This document shows, in pieces, positions 12,250 through 25,202 of a DNA stretch of 64,000 nucleotides. The DNA lies in assembly GCA_030770535.1 (NCBI GenBank), contig JASVEC010000002.1, forward strand, positions 744,001 to 808,000, in the 5' to 3' direction. The notes beneath the pieces are model-generated. The model was not told the origin of the DNA and did not search any database. It was given only the letters and a program-made list of their open reading frames with translations. Origin of the DNA: Batkoa obscura (Eukaryota). Positions within the stretch are counted from its first letter, which is position 1. Every line of letters starts with the position of its first letter. The position numbers and the translations under genes are program-made.

Positions 12250-13461
12250 ATATTAGAAAAAAGAAATGGGTTTTAATAAAGAAAGTATTATTTATTTGAA
12301 ATTAATAATAAAAAAGGAATTAAAATATAATATTTTATTATTATTGTTATATTTAAAAAAATCAATTGATTATTTTTTAGCATACTTTTTTGAGAATTTG
12401 ATGAGAAGGGAATAAAAGAGATTCGAGTATCCTATATATTTTAATTTAAATAAACAAATAAAACAGTTGATGTTTTAATTACTCAACTTGTTAAAAGGTC
12501 GAGATCTTTTTAAATATTTTATTTCATAGTATCCTATTTTACTATTCTAAATGGATTAAATCCTTTATTCTTTTATTATACAAATTTCAAGAATTAGTAT
12601 AAGAATGAAGGCTCTCACAATGAATTTTATTTTTTAAACTAATTTAGTGTAATTTGTTTTAAATTTAAATGTTAATTTAATTTAACTTTTAATTTCATTT
12701 ATTTAAAACAAATTTTATTAAAATAGTTTAAATATTAACTATATTATTTTTCATATCTTCTTAAAGCATTTAAAAATAATATTAATTTTTTTGTATTATT
12801 AATGGAGTTCAAGACATAAATTGAATTTTATTATCATTAAACTTATTAATTTTATATTAAAATTGATTATTTTGTATTATTTTATATTATTTTTATAAAA
12901 TGAAATATATATTTTCAATCTTGCATAAATTTAGATTTACAATTTTAGTCAAAGACGTTACCTCTTAAAAAAATAGTGGCTTTGTTAAAGGACAAAATGC
13001 AAACTTCAATTGAAGAACAAAATACTCAATTTTAAGCCCCAGTTCATTTTTTGAATAAAAAGACATTTACCTATCCAGCTGATGATGAAGATTACAATAT
13101 CATTTACTTTTTATAGAATTTACAATAAACTAAGGTCAAGTAATAAGACTGAATATTCTATTAAATGATTTAATTACCAGTTAAAAAAATTAAAAATAAA
13201 TATTCTAAATTTAAGTTTAAATAAGAGTTATGTAAATAGTTAATAACCGTAAATTTAACATTAAAATCAATAGATTTTTATTTACATATAAGAAAGATCA
13301 GCTGATAATAATAATAATAATGTCAACAAATTGAAAAAAAAGTATATAAATAACTTGGAAGTGAGAAAATAAGATTAATCATTTTTATTTTATTTTATTT
13401 TATTTTATTTTGTTATACTTTTGTAATAATAAATCAATAAATCAATAAATCAATAAATAAA

Positions 13462-15422
13462 ATGAATTTAATATCAATTAATTTCCTACTTCATTATCTT
13501 GTAATTTCTATTACTTCCTTAACTATTGACCTCCCTACTACTACTAAAGAAATTGTCCAAGGTTGTGATTCGGAATTATATTGTGATGGAGAGATATTAA
13601 AACAAGTTCAATTACATCAAGTTTATCCGGATGGAAAAACATTCGTTGATATGGCTACCAAAAAGCCATTACAACAAGTATTAAGTAATTATAAATCTTT
13701 AGGTACTAATATAACTAAAGAATCTCTACTTGGCTTCTTAAATGAAAACTTCCATGAAGCTGGATATGAATTAGTACAATCTAGTTTAACGGATTATAAA
13801 GAGATGCCTTTGTTTTTAACCGATATTAAGGACCCAATCTTAAAATCATTTGGACAAAAGGTACATTCTTATTGGACAACATTAGTAAGAAAAATTGATT
13901 TAAGTAAACTTTGTGATGGATGTGTTAGTAGTTATTTAAAAACATCTCATCCCTTTGTAGTACCTGGTGGAAGATTTCGAGAGTTTTATTATTGGGATAC
14001 TTATTTTGCTTTACAAGGTTTATTATTAGGGGAATTATATGATACAAGTAAAAATATAATATTAAATTTTTTGGAATTTGTAGATGAATATGGGTTTATG
14101 CCTAATGGTGCTAGAATTTATTTCTTGAATCGATCTCAACCTCCACTATTAATCCCTATGGTTTATGATTATATTGAGAAAACTAAGGATTTTGACTTAT
14201 TAAAAAGAGCTATTAATACTTTAGATAAAGAATATAGTTATTGGCTAAAATATCATTCAGTCGAAGTAGAATGTGGGAAATTAAAAGATCAAAATATTCA
14301 AAATTGTTATTTAACTCGATATTATGTTAACAATACTAAACCAAGGCCAGAATCTTATAGAGAAGATTATATTACTGTAGAATTATCAAATAAGAATTTT
14401 ACATTAAAAGAGAAAGAGAGTTTATATGCAGATATTGCAACTGGTGCTGAATCAGGTTGGGATTATTCTACTCGTTGGTTAAGTAATGATTTTGAACCTA
14501 ATCTTAATCAAACAAATGAAGAAATATTAAGTCATTTAAAAACTAGAGAAGTAATACCAGTTGATTTAAATTCAATTATGTATTTAAATGAAAAATTATT
14601 ATCTAAATTACATTTAATGATGTTTAATTTAACTAATCAAAAAGATAGTAATTCAAATCAAAAGAAATGTAATCAACATTTAACGTTATCAAAAAAGTAT
14701 CTCAAAGCAAGTGAATTAAGAAAACAATTGATGTATAATATATTTTGGAATCAAAAAGATTTTACGTTTTATGATTATAATATTGTCACTAAGTCAACTA
14801 TCAATAAATTTTCTGCTTCTAATTATTGGCCTTATTGGACTGGTGCTTTAAGTGATGAGATATTGAATAATGATTTTAATTTATTGAATGCATTTAATAA
14901 GATTGAAGAGATTAGTTTAAAATATCCAGGTAAATTTAGAATATAATATGTATATCTTATAATAATAGTTATTAATTGAATTTATCTTTAGGCGGTATCC
15001 CATCTACTTTAGTGAATTCCAAATTACAATGGGATTTACCTAATTCATGGCCACCTTTAGAATATGTGATTATATTTGGTATTAAAAATCATATAAAACT
15101 CCTTCATGATAAACATCTTCTTATTAAATCAGAGAAACTTCAACGATTAAATGTTGATCTATCTAATAAATTTGTGAATACCGTTTTCTGTGCATGGTAT
15201 CAAACCGGGGGTTCTTTGAAAGATTTAGTAATGAAAGATCCAAATGCACCAGCTGATCAAGAAGGTCATATGTTTGAGAAATTTAATGTAACCTCAATTG
15301 GAAGATCTGGTGGTGGTGGTGAATATCAAGTTCAAACTGGCTTCGGTTGGACTAATGGAGTCTTACTTTCAATTTTGAATTTGTTTAATAAGGATTTAAA
15401 GGCACCTAAATGTACCAATTAA
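13462..15422 (+). CDS. Secreted glycoside hydrolase family 37 trehalase (1 intron, 14930-14991)
   Basis: Hydrophobic N-terminal signal-like segment; motifs PGGRFREFYYWDTY, PNGARIYFLNRSQPP, PRPESYREDY, GAESGWDYSTRW, QWDLPNSWPP, GGGGEY, GFGWTNG. Confidence 0.95.
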
Positions 15423-15528
15423 TTATGTTATCAAATGTTGAAATAAAATTTAAAATAATATTATATTAAAGGTGTCTTTATTATCTTAGTTTTATTTGTT
15501 GATTATATTAATAATAAATAAATAACTA

Positions 15529-15627
15529 TATGGGGATGTATTTTTTTAAGAATTTTACTAACAATCTTTCCATTCAAATAGCGCTTAAAAATAGAAAAAG
15601 TGATGAAATCAAAAGAAACATCCTCAT
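15529..15627 (+). mobile_element. MITE family A copy ~105 bp downstream of the trehalase stop
   Basis: TATGGGGATGTATTTT...CAAATAGCGCTTAAAA...AAACATCCTCAT. Confidence 0.88.
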
Positions 15628-16027
15628 TCATTATTATATTATTCTAAAGTAATAATTTAAATTAAAATTATTAGTTTTTCAATAGAATAAAATCTTTTGT
15701 TGGCTTTGTTTATAATATAATGTATATTACTAATCAACAATATACTAAGTATAGATATTTAATGATACTCTGTCAAAATCCAAGTCATCGAAATTTCTAG
15801 TTATTTCAAGAAAATTGTTAAAAGTCTTAAATAGAGTTGATTTATTATTGATTATCTATTCAATTGACCAATCAAATTCGACTTAATTACTAATCGTGAC
15901 TATTGAAATAAATCTTACAGCAATTTTAAAAAAATATAAATAATGATGATTGTAAACAAAACTTTATATTCTTTGATTTAAAAAATTTTCAATACAATTT
16001 TGTTTCAAAAAGAAAATTAAATTAATT

Positions 16028-17554
16028 ATGGGCTCTTCGGTATCACATATGAATCGTCGACAGAATAATGTTAATAATTCAAATAATTCTTCATCAAACG
16101 ATAGTATTATTGAAATCCAAAATCACCAAGTTAATCCTTTAACTAATGATAACCGTAATAACAATGAAGTGATAACTGAAACAAATGAGCCAATGGCTCA
16201 GGTTAACTTTATTGAGTTAAATAACAATATTGATCTAATTAACAATAATATTGATCTAGTTGATAATAATAACTTGTTAAATATAAATCAACAAATTCAA
16301 AATGATCTTTCAAATGAATTAAATAATTTTATTGATCTTGATTTAAATAATAATAATTCTCAAATTGATAATAACACTGTATCAAATAACAATATAGAAA
16401 CTATTCATAATAATCTAGAGACAATCAATAATAGAATACATACTATTAGTAATAATATAGATACTATTAATAATAATATAGATACTATTAATAATAATAT
16501 AGATACTATTAATAATAGCAGTGATAGCTCTGAAATCAACAATACTAATAATACTCAAGCTGATTTAAATAACATTACTACTACCACTACTATCGAGCCG
16601 CATAACAATAACCAATCTGAACTAAATACTACTACTATCATCGAATCTAACAGTGATAACAGTCATCAAGGATTAAATAGTAATAGTAATAATAGAGAAT
16701 CAAATAATATTAGTGCCATTGAACCTGATAATAATAGTCTTACTGGGATAGATAACAATAGTAATACTGAATCAAACAATAATACTCATCCAAGAGTAAA
16801 CAATAGTAACAGACCAAATAACCCTCGAATTAGATTCTTTATGACATTTTTACCTACAAATAATGAAAATAGACCAGCTGGGGTAGCTACTATTTTTGAA
16901 TTTAATTTAAATGATGAAGAAGGACACAATCTTGACATCAATGATATACTAACTGAAATAGCCATGAGATTAAGTAATGAAGAAAATAGAAAAATACATA
17001 AAGCAAGTAAAGAATCTATTAATAAATTACCAACCCACTTTATTAATGAAATCAATAATCAACATAATATTATTATTAATAATAATGAGAATTGTTTGAT
17101 TTGTTTAGATGAATGGGAAAACGAACAAATCATTGTTAAAATGCCATGTTCTCATATATTTCATAAAGATTGTTTATTACACTGGTTAGATAAATCAAAT
17201 ACTTGTCCTAATTGTCGATTTCCTTTATTAACAGAAGATGAAGAAGTTAATCAAGAAATCAATCAAGAAATTCAAAGTCGAAAAGATAAAGCTCATTTAC
17301 ATTTACATTCTACTTGTGCTATGAATCCCATTGGATTATGTGATTGTGATTTAAATTCATTTCTAAATGATAATTTAATACAATTAAGTTGCGGTCATAA
17401 GTTTCATTTAGATTGTATTCAAACTGCATTGATTTCTTCAAGTTCTTTATTATTAAAAGAAGATGTCAATTCCACTATTAAATGTCCCTCATGTTTAAGA
17501 TATTCTATTGTACAGAATTGGGATTCGTGTCATAAAAAGGAATTGCTATTTTGA
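16028..17554 (+). CDS. RING-H2 E3 ubiquitin ligase with Asn-rich N-terminus and a second, variant RING at the C-terminus
   Basis: First RING: CLIC...CSHIFHKDC...W...CPNC, preceded by KASKESINKLP. Second Cys/His cluster: C...CDC...CGHKFHLDC...CPSC. N-terminus MGSSVS. Confidence 0.88.
   Translation: MGSSVSHMNRRQNNVNNSNNSSSNDSIIEIQNHQVNPLTNDNRNNNEVITETNEPMAQVNFIELNNNIDLINNNIDLVDNNNLLNINQQIQNDLSNELNNFIDLDLNNNNSQIDNNTVSNNNIETIHNNLETINNRIHTISNNIDTINNNIDTINNNIDTINNSSDSSEINNTNNTQADLNNITTTTTIEPHNNNQSELNTTTIIESNSDNSHQGLNSNSNNRESNNISAIEPDNNSLTGIDNNSNTESNNNTHPRVNNSNRPNNPRIRFFMTFLPTNNENRPAGVATIFEFNLNDEEGHNLDINDILTEIAMRLSNEENRKIHKASKESINKLPTHFINEINNQHNIIINNNENCLICLDEWENEQIIVKMPCSHIFHKDCLLHWLDKSNTCPNCRFPLLTEDEEVNQEINQEIQSRKDKAHLHLHSTCAMNPIGLCDCDLNSFLNDNLIQLSCGHKFHLDCIQTALISSSSLLLKEDVNSTIKCPSCLRYSIVQNWDSCHKKELLF
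16390..16516 (+). repeat. 21-bp tandem repeat encoding NNI(D/E)TIN heptads in the RING gene
   Basis: AATAATATAGATACTATT-type unit, three near-perfect copies plus degenerate upstream copies. Confidence 0.8.
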
Positions 17555-17731
17555 AAAGATTATTAATTAATAATCTATGTATATATTTTTATAAACTTAT
17601 TTCAGTTTTCAATTTGTATTATATTAATAAAATTTAAATTTATACTTATTAATTTTATTTAAGTTTTTAAAGTATTGAAATAATAGAAATTCCATTAAAA
17701 ATAATAATAGTAATATCAAAAAAAGATTAAT

Positions 17732-18673
17732 TTATTCAATATCATAATAATAATTGGATGGATGATGATGATATTTAGAATGGTAACGATGATGATGATG
17801 ATGATGATGATGATTTACTTTAGGTTCATAATATTCTTTAATATCATAATCATGACGACGACGAATATTAAAATTACGACGATGATGATGTTTACTATGA
17901 CCTTCATGAGGTGAATTACGACGATATCTTTTATAAGCATTATTATCACCACGATATTCATACCTTCTTCTTCTCAAATATCTATTAGGTTGATAAGAAT
18001 CACTTTTACTTAAATAGGTATAAGATCTAGGATATTTTTTATTATCATATCTATCTGATTTGCCATAACTTCTTGTTCTTAAATAAGTAGAATAACCTCT
18101 TTTATATTTTGGTCGATAATTATTGAATTTATATGAACCTGAATTCATTCTTCTTCTTCTTAATGAATATCCCGCTCCATATCGTTTAGTTCGTATTTCA
18201 TAACGGGCTTCATTATTATATGAATTCTCTTTATCATATTCTTCAGTTTCATCACTGGCTGCTTTTAATTCCATTGAGTTATCCAACTCAATTGATTCTT
18301 GTTGATTTACCTCACTTCCTTCATCTTCAGCTGCTGCCTTTAATTCACTCTTGTCTTCTTGTTCTTCTTGTTCTTCTTGTTCTTCTTCTTCAGTCATTGC
18401 TTTTAAAACAGATTCATCTACTTGTTCATTACTATCTACTAACTTTTGCATCTCATTGTTAACCTTAATCATATTTGATTTGTTAATAGATGAAGTAGAT
18501 ATACCATTTGATTGACTTTCATCTAAGATTGGGGTTGGCATTAACAAGACTGGATTCTCATTCAATGTGGATGGAGTTGGCTCATTTAATGATAATTTAG
18601 GATCTAAATTCACATTGGGAAGGGCTAAGATAGTAGGTAATAATATTAGAATTAAGTGACTTAATTGATGCAT
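17732..18673 (-). CDS. Secreted low-complexity protein: acidic N-half, Arg/Tyr/His-rich C-half with many RR/KR sites
   Basis: 313-aa intronless ORF; signal-like MHQLSHLILILLPTILA; Glu-rich middle; SLRRRR, YLRRRR, NIRRR; poly-His near the C-terminus. Confidence 0.8.
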   Translation of the reverse strand: MHQLSHLILILLPTILALPNVNLDPKLSLNEPTPSTLNENPVLLMPTPILDESQSNGISTSSINKSNMIKVNNEMQKLVDSNEQVDESVLKAMTEEEEQEEQEEQEDKSELKAAAEDEGSEVNQQESIELDNSMELKAASDETEEYDKENSYNNEARYEIRTKRYGAGYSLRRRRMNSGSYKFNNYRPKYKRGYSTYLRTRSYGKSDRYDNKKYPRSYTYLSKSDSYQPNRYLRRRRYEYRGDNNAYKRYRRNSPHEGHSKHHHRRNFNIRRRHDYDIKEYYEPKVNHHHHHHHHRYHSKYHHHPSNYYYDIE

Positions 18674-20039
18674 TGAAAGTTATTTGAATTAGGTTTTAAT
18701 TATTGATTATAAATGAGATTATGTGTTATGTGATTCGTATATGTTGAAATGTTGCTGTTCTATTAGAGTGATATATTATAGAAATAGAATGTATTAATGT
18801 ATTTAATGTATTTAATGTATTTGTTATGTGAATGAAATAAACTAAATGTAAATCAATATAAAAAAGTCTAAAAGATAAAAATGAAAACCATTTACAAAAT
18901 AGAAGATAAATACAAAGAATATTATTGTTTATTTATATTTTTTTTAAAATGTTAGAACTTAATTGTTGATTTTAATTTTAATTTTTTAACAGTTAATATC
19001 GGAATTTATTTTTTTGTTTGAGTTAAAATTTTGACTATTTAGTTTACATTTGATAAAAGTCATTTTTTATGATTTTAAATTAAAAGATGTTTAGAGTATC
19101 CAATCAGAAGTCGATTATTTAATTTTTTTAATAACATCAACTACTTAAGTTTGAAATATTTTACAGTTATAAATAAATAGAGCTAAGTTTGGGTTTTGAT
19201 TTTGTTATTTATAAACAAAGTAATTAAATTATTCAATTTTTTTATTACTTGTTTTAAATATTAATTTTAATATTATTCCATATTTTCATAATACTTTTTA
19301 TACTCAATAGTTTTCAATTTATTTATTACAATTAAAGTTTTGAATTTTAACTCAATTAAGCTTCAAAGTTTTATAACTAATAACTGTCTGTTTTATTAAA
19401 CTTAGTAACTTAGATTTCTGACTAAGATATAAGTTACTAAAAGTCTAAATAAAAACACTGAATTTTAATTTACTAATTTTCTATTTTTTATAAAGATTTG
19501 TTATTCAAACTTATATGTTTAATATTTTAATATTTTAATATATATATATTATTAATACTATAATGTACCTTTATAGTATTCTATTAAAAATTGCACTTTT
19601 GATCAATTTATAAATTAGAAATATAAAAATAACTTTTTTTGTATTAATATCAGATTAATGTTATTTTGAAATTTTATGTCATATAAAAATCATCAGATTA
19701 ATGAGACAAAAATAAATCTAGTTATAAATTTTAGACTAAAAACTTCAAAAGAATTTCTTTTAACAATACTTGATTTGAAACATAAATTATTCTTTACAAA
19801 TTTTAACATAATAGAATATGGGAAAATAATGACCTAATGAAAGGAGAAATTAATATTGAATTTAACTCAATGTAAATTAATGATTGGCTTCACTTCATTT
19901 CAAACTCGAATTTTTATCAAATAATAGATTCATTCTTTTGTTAAAAGAAAAATAAAGTACTTTTTAAAAGTGTTAACAATCACTTTCCTACAATAAAACT
20001 GTAATATAGTGTATAACAAATAAACAAAAGAAGAATAGA

Positions 20040-21635
20040 ATGCCATTTATAGATCCAAAATATAAAAAAAATTTAAGTTTATATAAATATAAAGGAGTGG
20101 ATAACTCTTTATTATCAAAATATGTATTAAACCATTATTGGACTTGGTTAGTTTCCCTATTTCCTTTATGGATGGCGTAAGTGAATTTTAGTTATGTATT
20201 ATTTTATAAAATATTTTATTAAATATTTTTTACTATATTTAGTCCAAATTTAATTACTTTACTTGGCTTCATATTAATCATCTTTAACTTTGGCTTGTGT
20301 CTTATTTTTGATCCAACTTTAGATGGTCAAGGTCCTGCTTGGTTATATGTTAGGTAAAAATAAGTAAACTAACTATTAAACTCATTGTAATATTTTTATT
20401 ATTATCAGTTATGGTGTTGGATTATGGATTTATGCTTCATTTGATGCTATTGACGGTAAACAAGCAAGGAGAACTGGTACTTCTGGTCCTTTAGGACAGT
20501 TATTTGATCATAGTAAGTTTAATCCAGTATTTTCTATTGCAATTGTATTAAGTTTGTTTTTTTTGTTTAGGTTGCGATGCTTTAAATACAACCGTAGGTT
20601 TTTACATTTGATTTTATTTAAAATATAAATTAATATTTTAATAGCTTGTAGGTTTATTAACTATTTCAGCTTTTAAAATTAGTAAAGATTGGTGGTCTAT
20701 TATTTCAGTATATACAGGTAATCCATCTTTATATATTTAAGTAACAACTTGAAATTTAAACCTTGACTTTTGTTAGCTTTTGGTAATTTTTATTTAACTA
20801 CATGGGAAGAATACCATACCGGAACATTATATTTAAGTTATTTTTCTGGACCAGTTGAAGGTTTAACTTCGGTATGTATTTTATTTATTCTTACTGGTTA
20901 TGTCACTCCTTCTTATTGGACACAAGACGTACGTACTATTTTGCATTTAAAAGATACTACTTTACCTTTTATTCCTTCCATTGAAATCAACAAATTATTT
21001 TTATTGATCGCTTTCTTTGTTATGTTTTTAAACATTATTAATAGGTAAGTTACTATATATCCATTCTATACCATTTTAATTTAGTTTTTATTCGTTTAGT
21101 GCATACAATGTTATACAAACATACAATGAAAAAAAACAATCTTCTATTACTGCTTTATTAGGTATATTACCTTTTGCAGTAGCTAGTCTTTTGGGTTATC
21201 TTTGGATCTCCGCTTCACCTTTTATATTTACTGAATGTTTAGTACCCTTCATGTTGTTTTTGGGATTCACTGTAGCTTATAACGTAGGCTTAATTATTTT
21301 GGCTCATGTTACTAAAGCTCCATTCCCTTACTTCAATAAGTTATATGTACCTTTGATTGTTGGGGCTATCAATTCTAATTTATCAATTTTATTTGATATG
21401 TAAGTTTTTATTAATATATAAATAGTATATAATTATTAATATTTCTACTTCTAGAAAACCAATATTTGAGAAAGGAAATGAGATTACTTATATTTATGCA
21501 TGTATGTTATTTTCTATTGGATATTATTTGTATTATTCTATTTCAGTTATCAATGAAATTTGTGATCATTTTGATATCTATTGTTTATCTATTAAACATT
21601 TGGATCAAGTTCCAGGATATAAGAAAGATGAATAA
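20040..21635 (+). CDS. Choline/ethanolamine phosphotransferase (CPT1/EPT1 family), 7 introns
   Basis: Spliced [23 protein letters not shown]...[13 protein letters not shown]...[26 protein letters not shown] (CDP-alcohol phosphotransferase motif), [13 protein letters not shown]. 23-nt micro-exon at 20571-20593. Stop at 21633-21635. Confidence 0.92.
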
Positions 21636-21928
21636 GTAATCCTTCTTTAATTTCATTTACAGTATAAAACGCAACTATGTTTTATATCTCTAAATTTAAT
21701 ATTTTTAAATAAATATATTGTTTGTGTATAATTATCATATTATTTCTTACTTCATTTTTTCTTCTATAAAACTTATTAAAGCTGATCCCATAATAAATTA
21801 ATTGAGTCCAACTTCCAGCTCATTCAAAAAATTATTATGCCAACCAAAAAGAAAATTAAAAAATTGCAATTGATCTAAAAAAGATAATCAAAAGCTAAAC
21901 TCATCAATTTTTATATTCAAATAAAAAA

Positions 21929-22662
21929 ATGAGTTCAACCGATAACAAAGTAGAGGAGCTACACCAATTAGCTGAACAAGTCAATTTAGAGCCTCGTCAA
22001 CATTGGGATAAAAAGATCGATACCCCATATCCATTGATCGATAATGACCCTCACTTTAAAAGAGTAGTTAGTTATTTTAGAGCTGAAGATTATGCTGCTT
22101 GGGGTATAGGTACTGCTTTTTTCCCAGCTGCTTTTTATTTTTTGGGTAAGTTTGATTATATTGGATTGGGATTTTAAAGTAATGTGTCATTTTATTAGAA
22201 AAAAGAGAAGTTAGTGTACCAAAGGCTAGACTTCCAGCTAATTTAATGTTCTGTGCTGCACTTGGCACCATTGGTGGTTTCTTATATGCCTATCAATCAA
22301 GTAGCAGTAAGTTGTTTTTTACCATTTTTAAAATAAAGAATAATAATGTTAATATTATTAATAGAAAGGTTTTGGGGATGGAGTGAAAATGAGAGAGAAA
22401 GATTAAGAGATATAAAGGAACTTGGAAATAAATATAAAAATGAACAAAAATTATATGGTCAATCTTCTTTAGATACTTATTATCAACAAGCTGCTGCTAA
22501 TAATTCACGTTATTCAGCTCTTAAGTTTGGTAAGTTTTGACTTTTTGATATTTTATGAGTTCAAAAATAATATGTTTTTTTTCAGGTGCTATTCCTTGGT
22601 TCAATTTTGTTAACCATCCTCATCACGGTGTTGATGAAAAACAATATCAACAAAAAGAATAA
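21929..22662 (+). CDS. Mitochondrial complex I 21-kDa (20.9 kDa/NUXM-type) accessory subunit, 3 introns
   Basis: YPLIDNDPHFKRVVSYFRAEDY, GGFLYAYQSS..RFWGWSENERE, AIPWFNFVNHPHHGVD. Confidence 0.9.
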
Positions 22663-23227
22663 AGTAGGAGATTTTTTTATCCTTATTATAAATTATTATC
22701 GTTATTTAATGAAAGATTGTTTTTATTGTTTAAAGTTATTATAAGTAGAAAATGGCAATTAAGGTAGAATCATCTTATTATATAATGAAGTAATTATTGT
22801 TTAATATATTTGTACAATTGATAGTCATAATTATATTCTGTGGCTACTTATAGTGATGAATGTTCTATAATACAAAATATTTAGTCAAAAAAACTTCAAT
22901 AGGTTCATTTTATCTAAGACATTAATTCGAATGCCATTTAATAAATGACATAGTTTGAAACATATTAATCTTAACTATTTTAAAACCACGTTGCTACTCA
23001 TTTAATAAAAATGCCTTCCAATCTAGTAAATTGTAATATTGATTTTTGCTTATTTTAAAACTTCTACTTCTACAAAATAGATTATAAAAGGTATAGCATA
23101 ACATCATAAGAACAAAAAGCTCATATTAACAATCATATTGATTTGCACATTTTAATACTATATTTTATTCCCCCATGTTTTTTTAAAAAAAATCTAATTT
23201 TTTCCAAATAGTCAGCCATCAACATAA

Positions 23228-25202
23228 TTATTGACCACCTTCTTCTTTATCTGGAATAACTTTGATAAGATCGTCTATACGTAAGATTGAGATAGCAGCT
23301 TCAGTAGCAGCTCTGAGAGACTTTATTTTAGACATAGCTGGTTCTAATACACCAGCTTTTACATTGTCTCTAAGTTCTCCTTTAATAAGATCTAATCCAA
23401 ACCATTTAAGTTGACGACGACGTTCATCAGCATTTGGGTTTTGGGCGGCGTTTTGATAAGATCTAAGTTTAGGCACTAAATCAGAAGAATCTTTAGCTGC
23501 ATTAACTGCAAGTGTTTTTGGAATAACTAAAAGTGAATTAGCAAATTCAGCAATAGCTAATTGTTCACGTGATCCCTATTAAATAAAATTAATTGTTAAT
23601 CTAAATATAATGAATTAATTAACTTACCAACGTTGTAGCAAAGTTTTCTAAATAAATACTTAAAGCAGCTTCAACAGCGCCACCACCTGGAACAACAGAA
23701 CCAGATTCTAAAGTACGTTTAACAGCACAAAGAGAATCATGGATACTACGTTCCATTTCATCCAACATATAATCGTTAGCACCTCTAAGGATTAAACTAG
23801 AAGCGGATTGATTCTTAGTGCCTTTAATTAAGATACATTCGTCATCTGAAATACGTTCTTGTGCTACTTCCTCGGCTGAACCAAGATAACTAGCTTCAAA
23901 TGATTCTTCTCCATCTAAATTAGCTAAAGTTGAAATCAAAGTAGCCCCAGTTGCTTTAGCAATTCTACGAAGATCTTCCTTCTTACAACGACGTACAGCC
24001 ATAGCACCAGCTTCAACAAAGAGCTTTAAACACATATCATCGATACCTTTGGTGGTCAAAATAACATTAGCTCCAGTATCAAGAATTAATTTGATCTTCT
24101 CGGTGGTAAGTTCAATTTCACTGTACAATTATTAGAAAAAAAGATAATTATGACAAGCTATAATAAATCATACCGACGACGAATATCTTCTAAATTATCT
24201 GGGTTTTCAACAACAATATTAACGCCTAAATGCATACGTGCTTTTTGTAAATTGATATCAAGACAAGCGATCTTAGCGTTTTGAATACGTTTTGGAAGAG
24301 CTAATTTTGATAAAAAAATATTATTATAAAGTATTAAAATTAATTTACCTTGACTAGCAACAGTACAATTTAAAGCATAACCTTTAACAAAAATAGATTC
24401 TCTAGCACTTTTACCATGAGCTTTAAGGATATTAACAGCATTAACTGGGTATTTGATATCACCACGGGAATTGATCGATTTTACTGAGGTAATAGCATCT
24501 ACTACCATTTCTGAAAAGAAATCTGAGTCACTAAAATAAAATATTAAATCAAAGATTTAAACCATTATTTAAAACTTACTTGTTAATAATTTTACTTGAC
24601 ATGGTAGTTTTAGCTACATTAATTAAACAATCACGACCTAATTTATCTACTTTTTGAGTCATTTGATCAGCGATAAATCTACAAGCTTCACGACTAGCTA
24701 AACGGTAACCACTGATAATGGTAGTTGGATGAATTTTATTAATAACTAATTCATTAGCACGTTTCAATAATTCAGCTGCAATTAAAACAACGGAAGTGGT
24801 ACCATCACCTACTTCTTGATCTTGCTGTTGTGCCAATTCAACAAGTACTTTTCCAGCTGGATGTTCTACTTCTAATAAACCTAAAATGGTAGCCCCATCA
24901 TTGGAAATGGTTACATCCTTTATTTCATTAGAATTTATTAAATTAGAATAAGATTCTAATACTTACACCAATATCATCAACCATCATTTTATCTAGTCCA
25001 ACAGGTCCTAAAGATGTTTTTACAACATTGGCAATAGAACTTGCTGCAAGTACTATTATTCAAAATAATTTATTAATGACCTATTTTTTATGATTTAAGT
25101 AAACTATTTCTAATTACCATTTTGGTTACGAACTTCTTGACCGGAGGTACGCTCTCCTCCAATGAATAATGATCCACTTTGCTCCTTGTTAAAGATAGCC
25201 AT
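23228..25202 (-). CDS. TCP1: T-complex protein 1 subunit alpha (CCT1), 6 introns
   Basis: MAIFNKEQSGSLFIGGERTSGQEVRNQN, TSLGPVGLDKM, QDQEVGDGTTSVV, NILKAHGKS, VVPGGGAVE, AGVLEPAMSKIKSL. Confidence 0.96.

Noticed and set aside
13381..13461. (ATTTT)n and (TCAATAAA)3 repeats in the trehalase leader; similar short repeats at ~2765 and ~18795
   Set aside because: Simple slippage repeats common in AT-rich genomes; no spacers, so not CRISPR-like.
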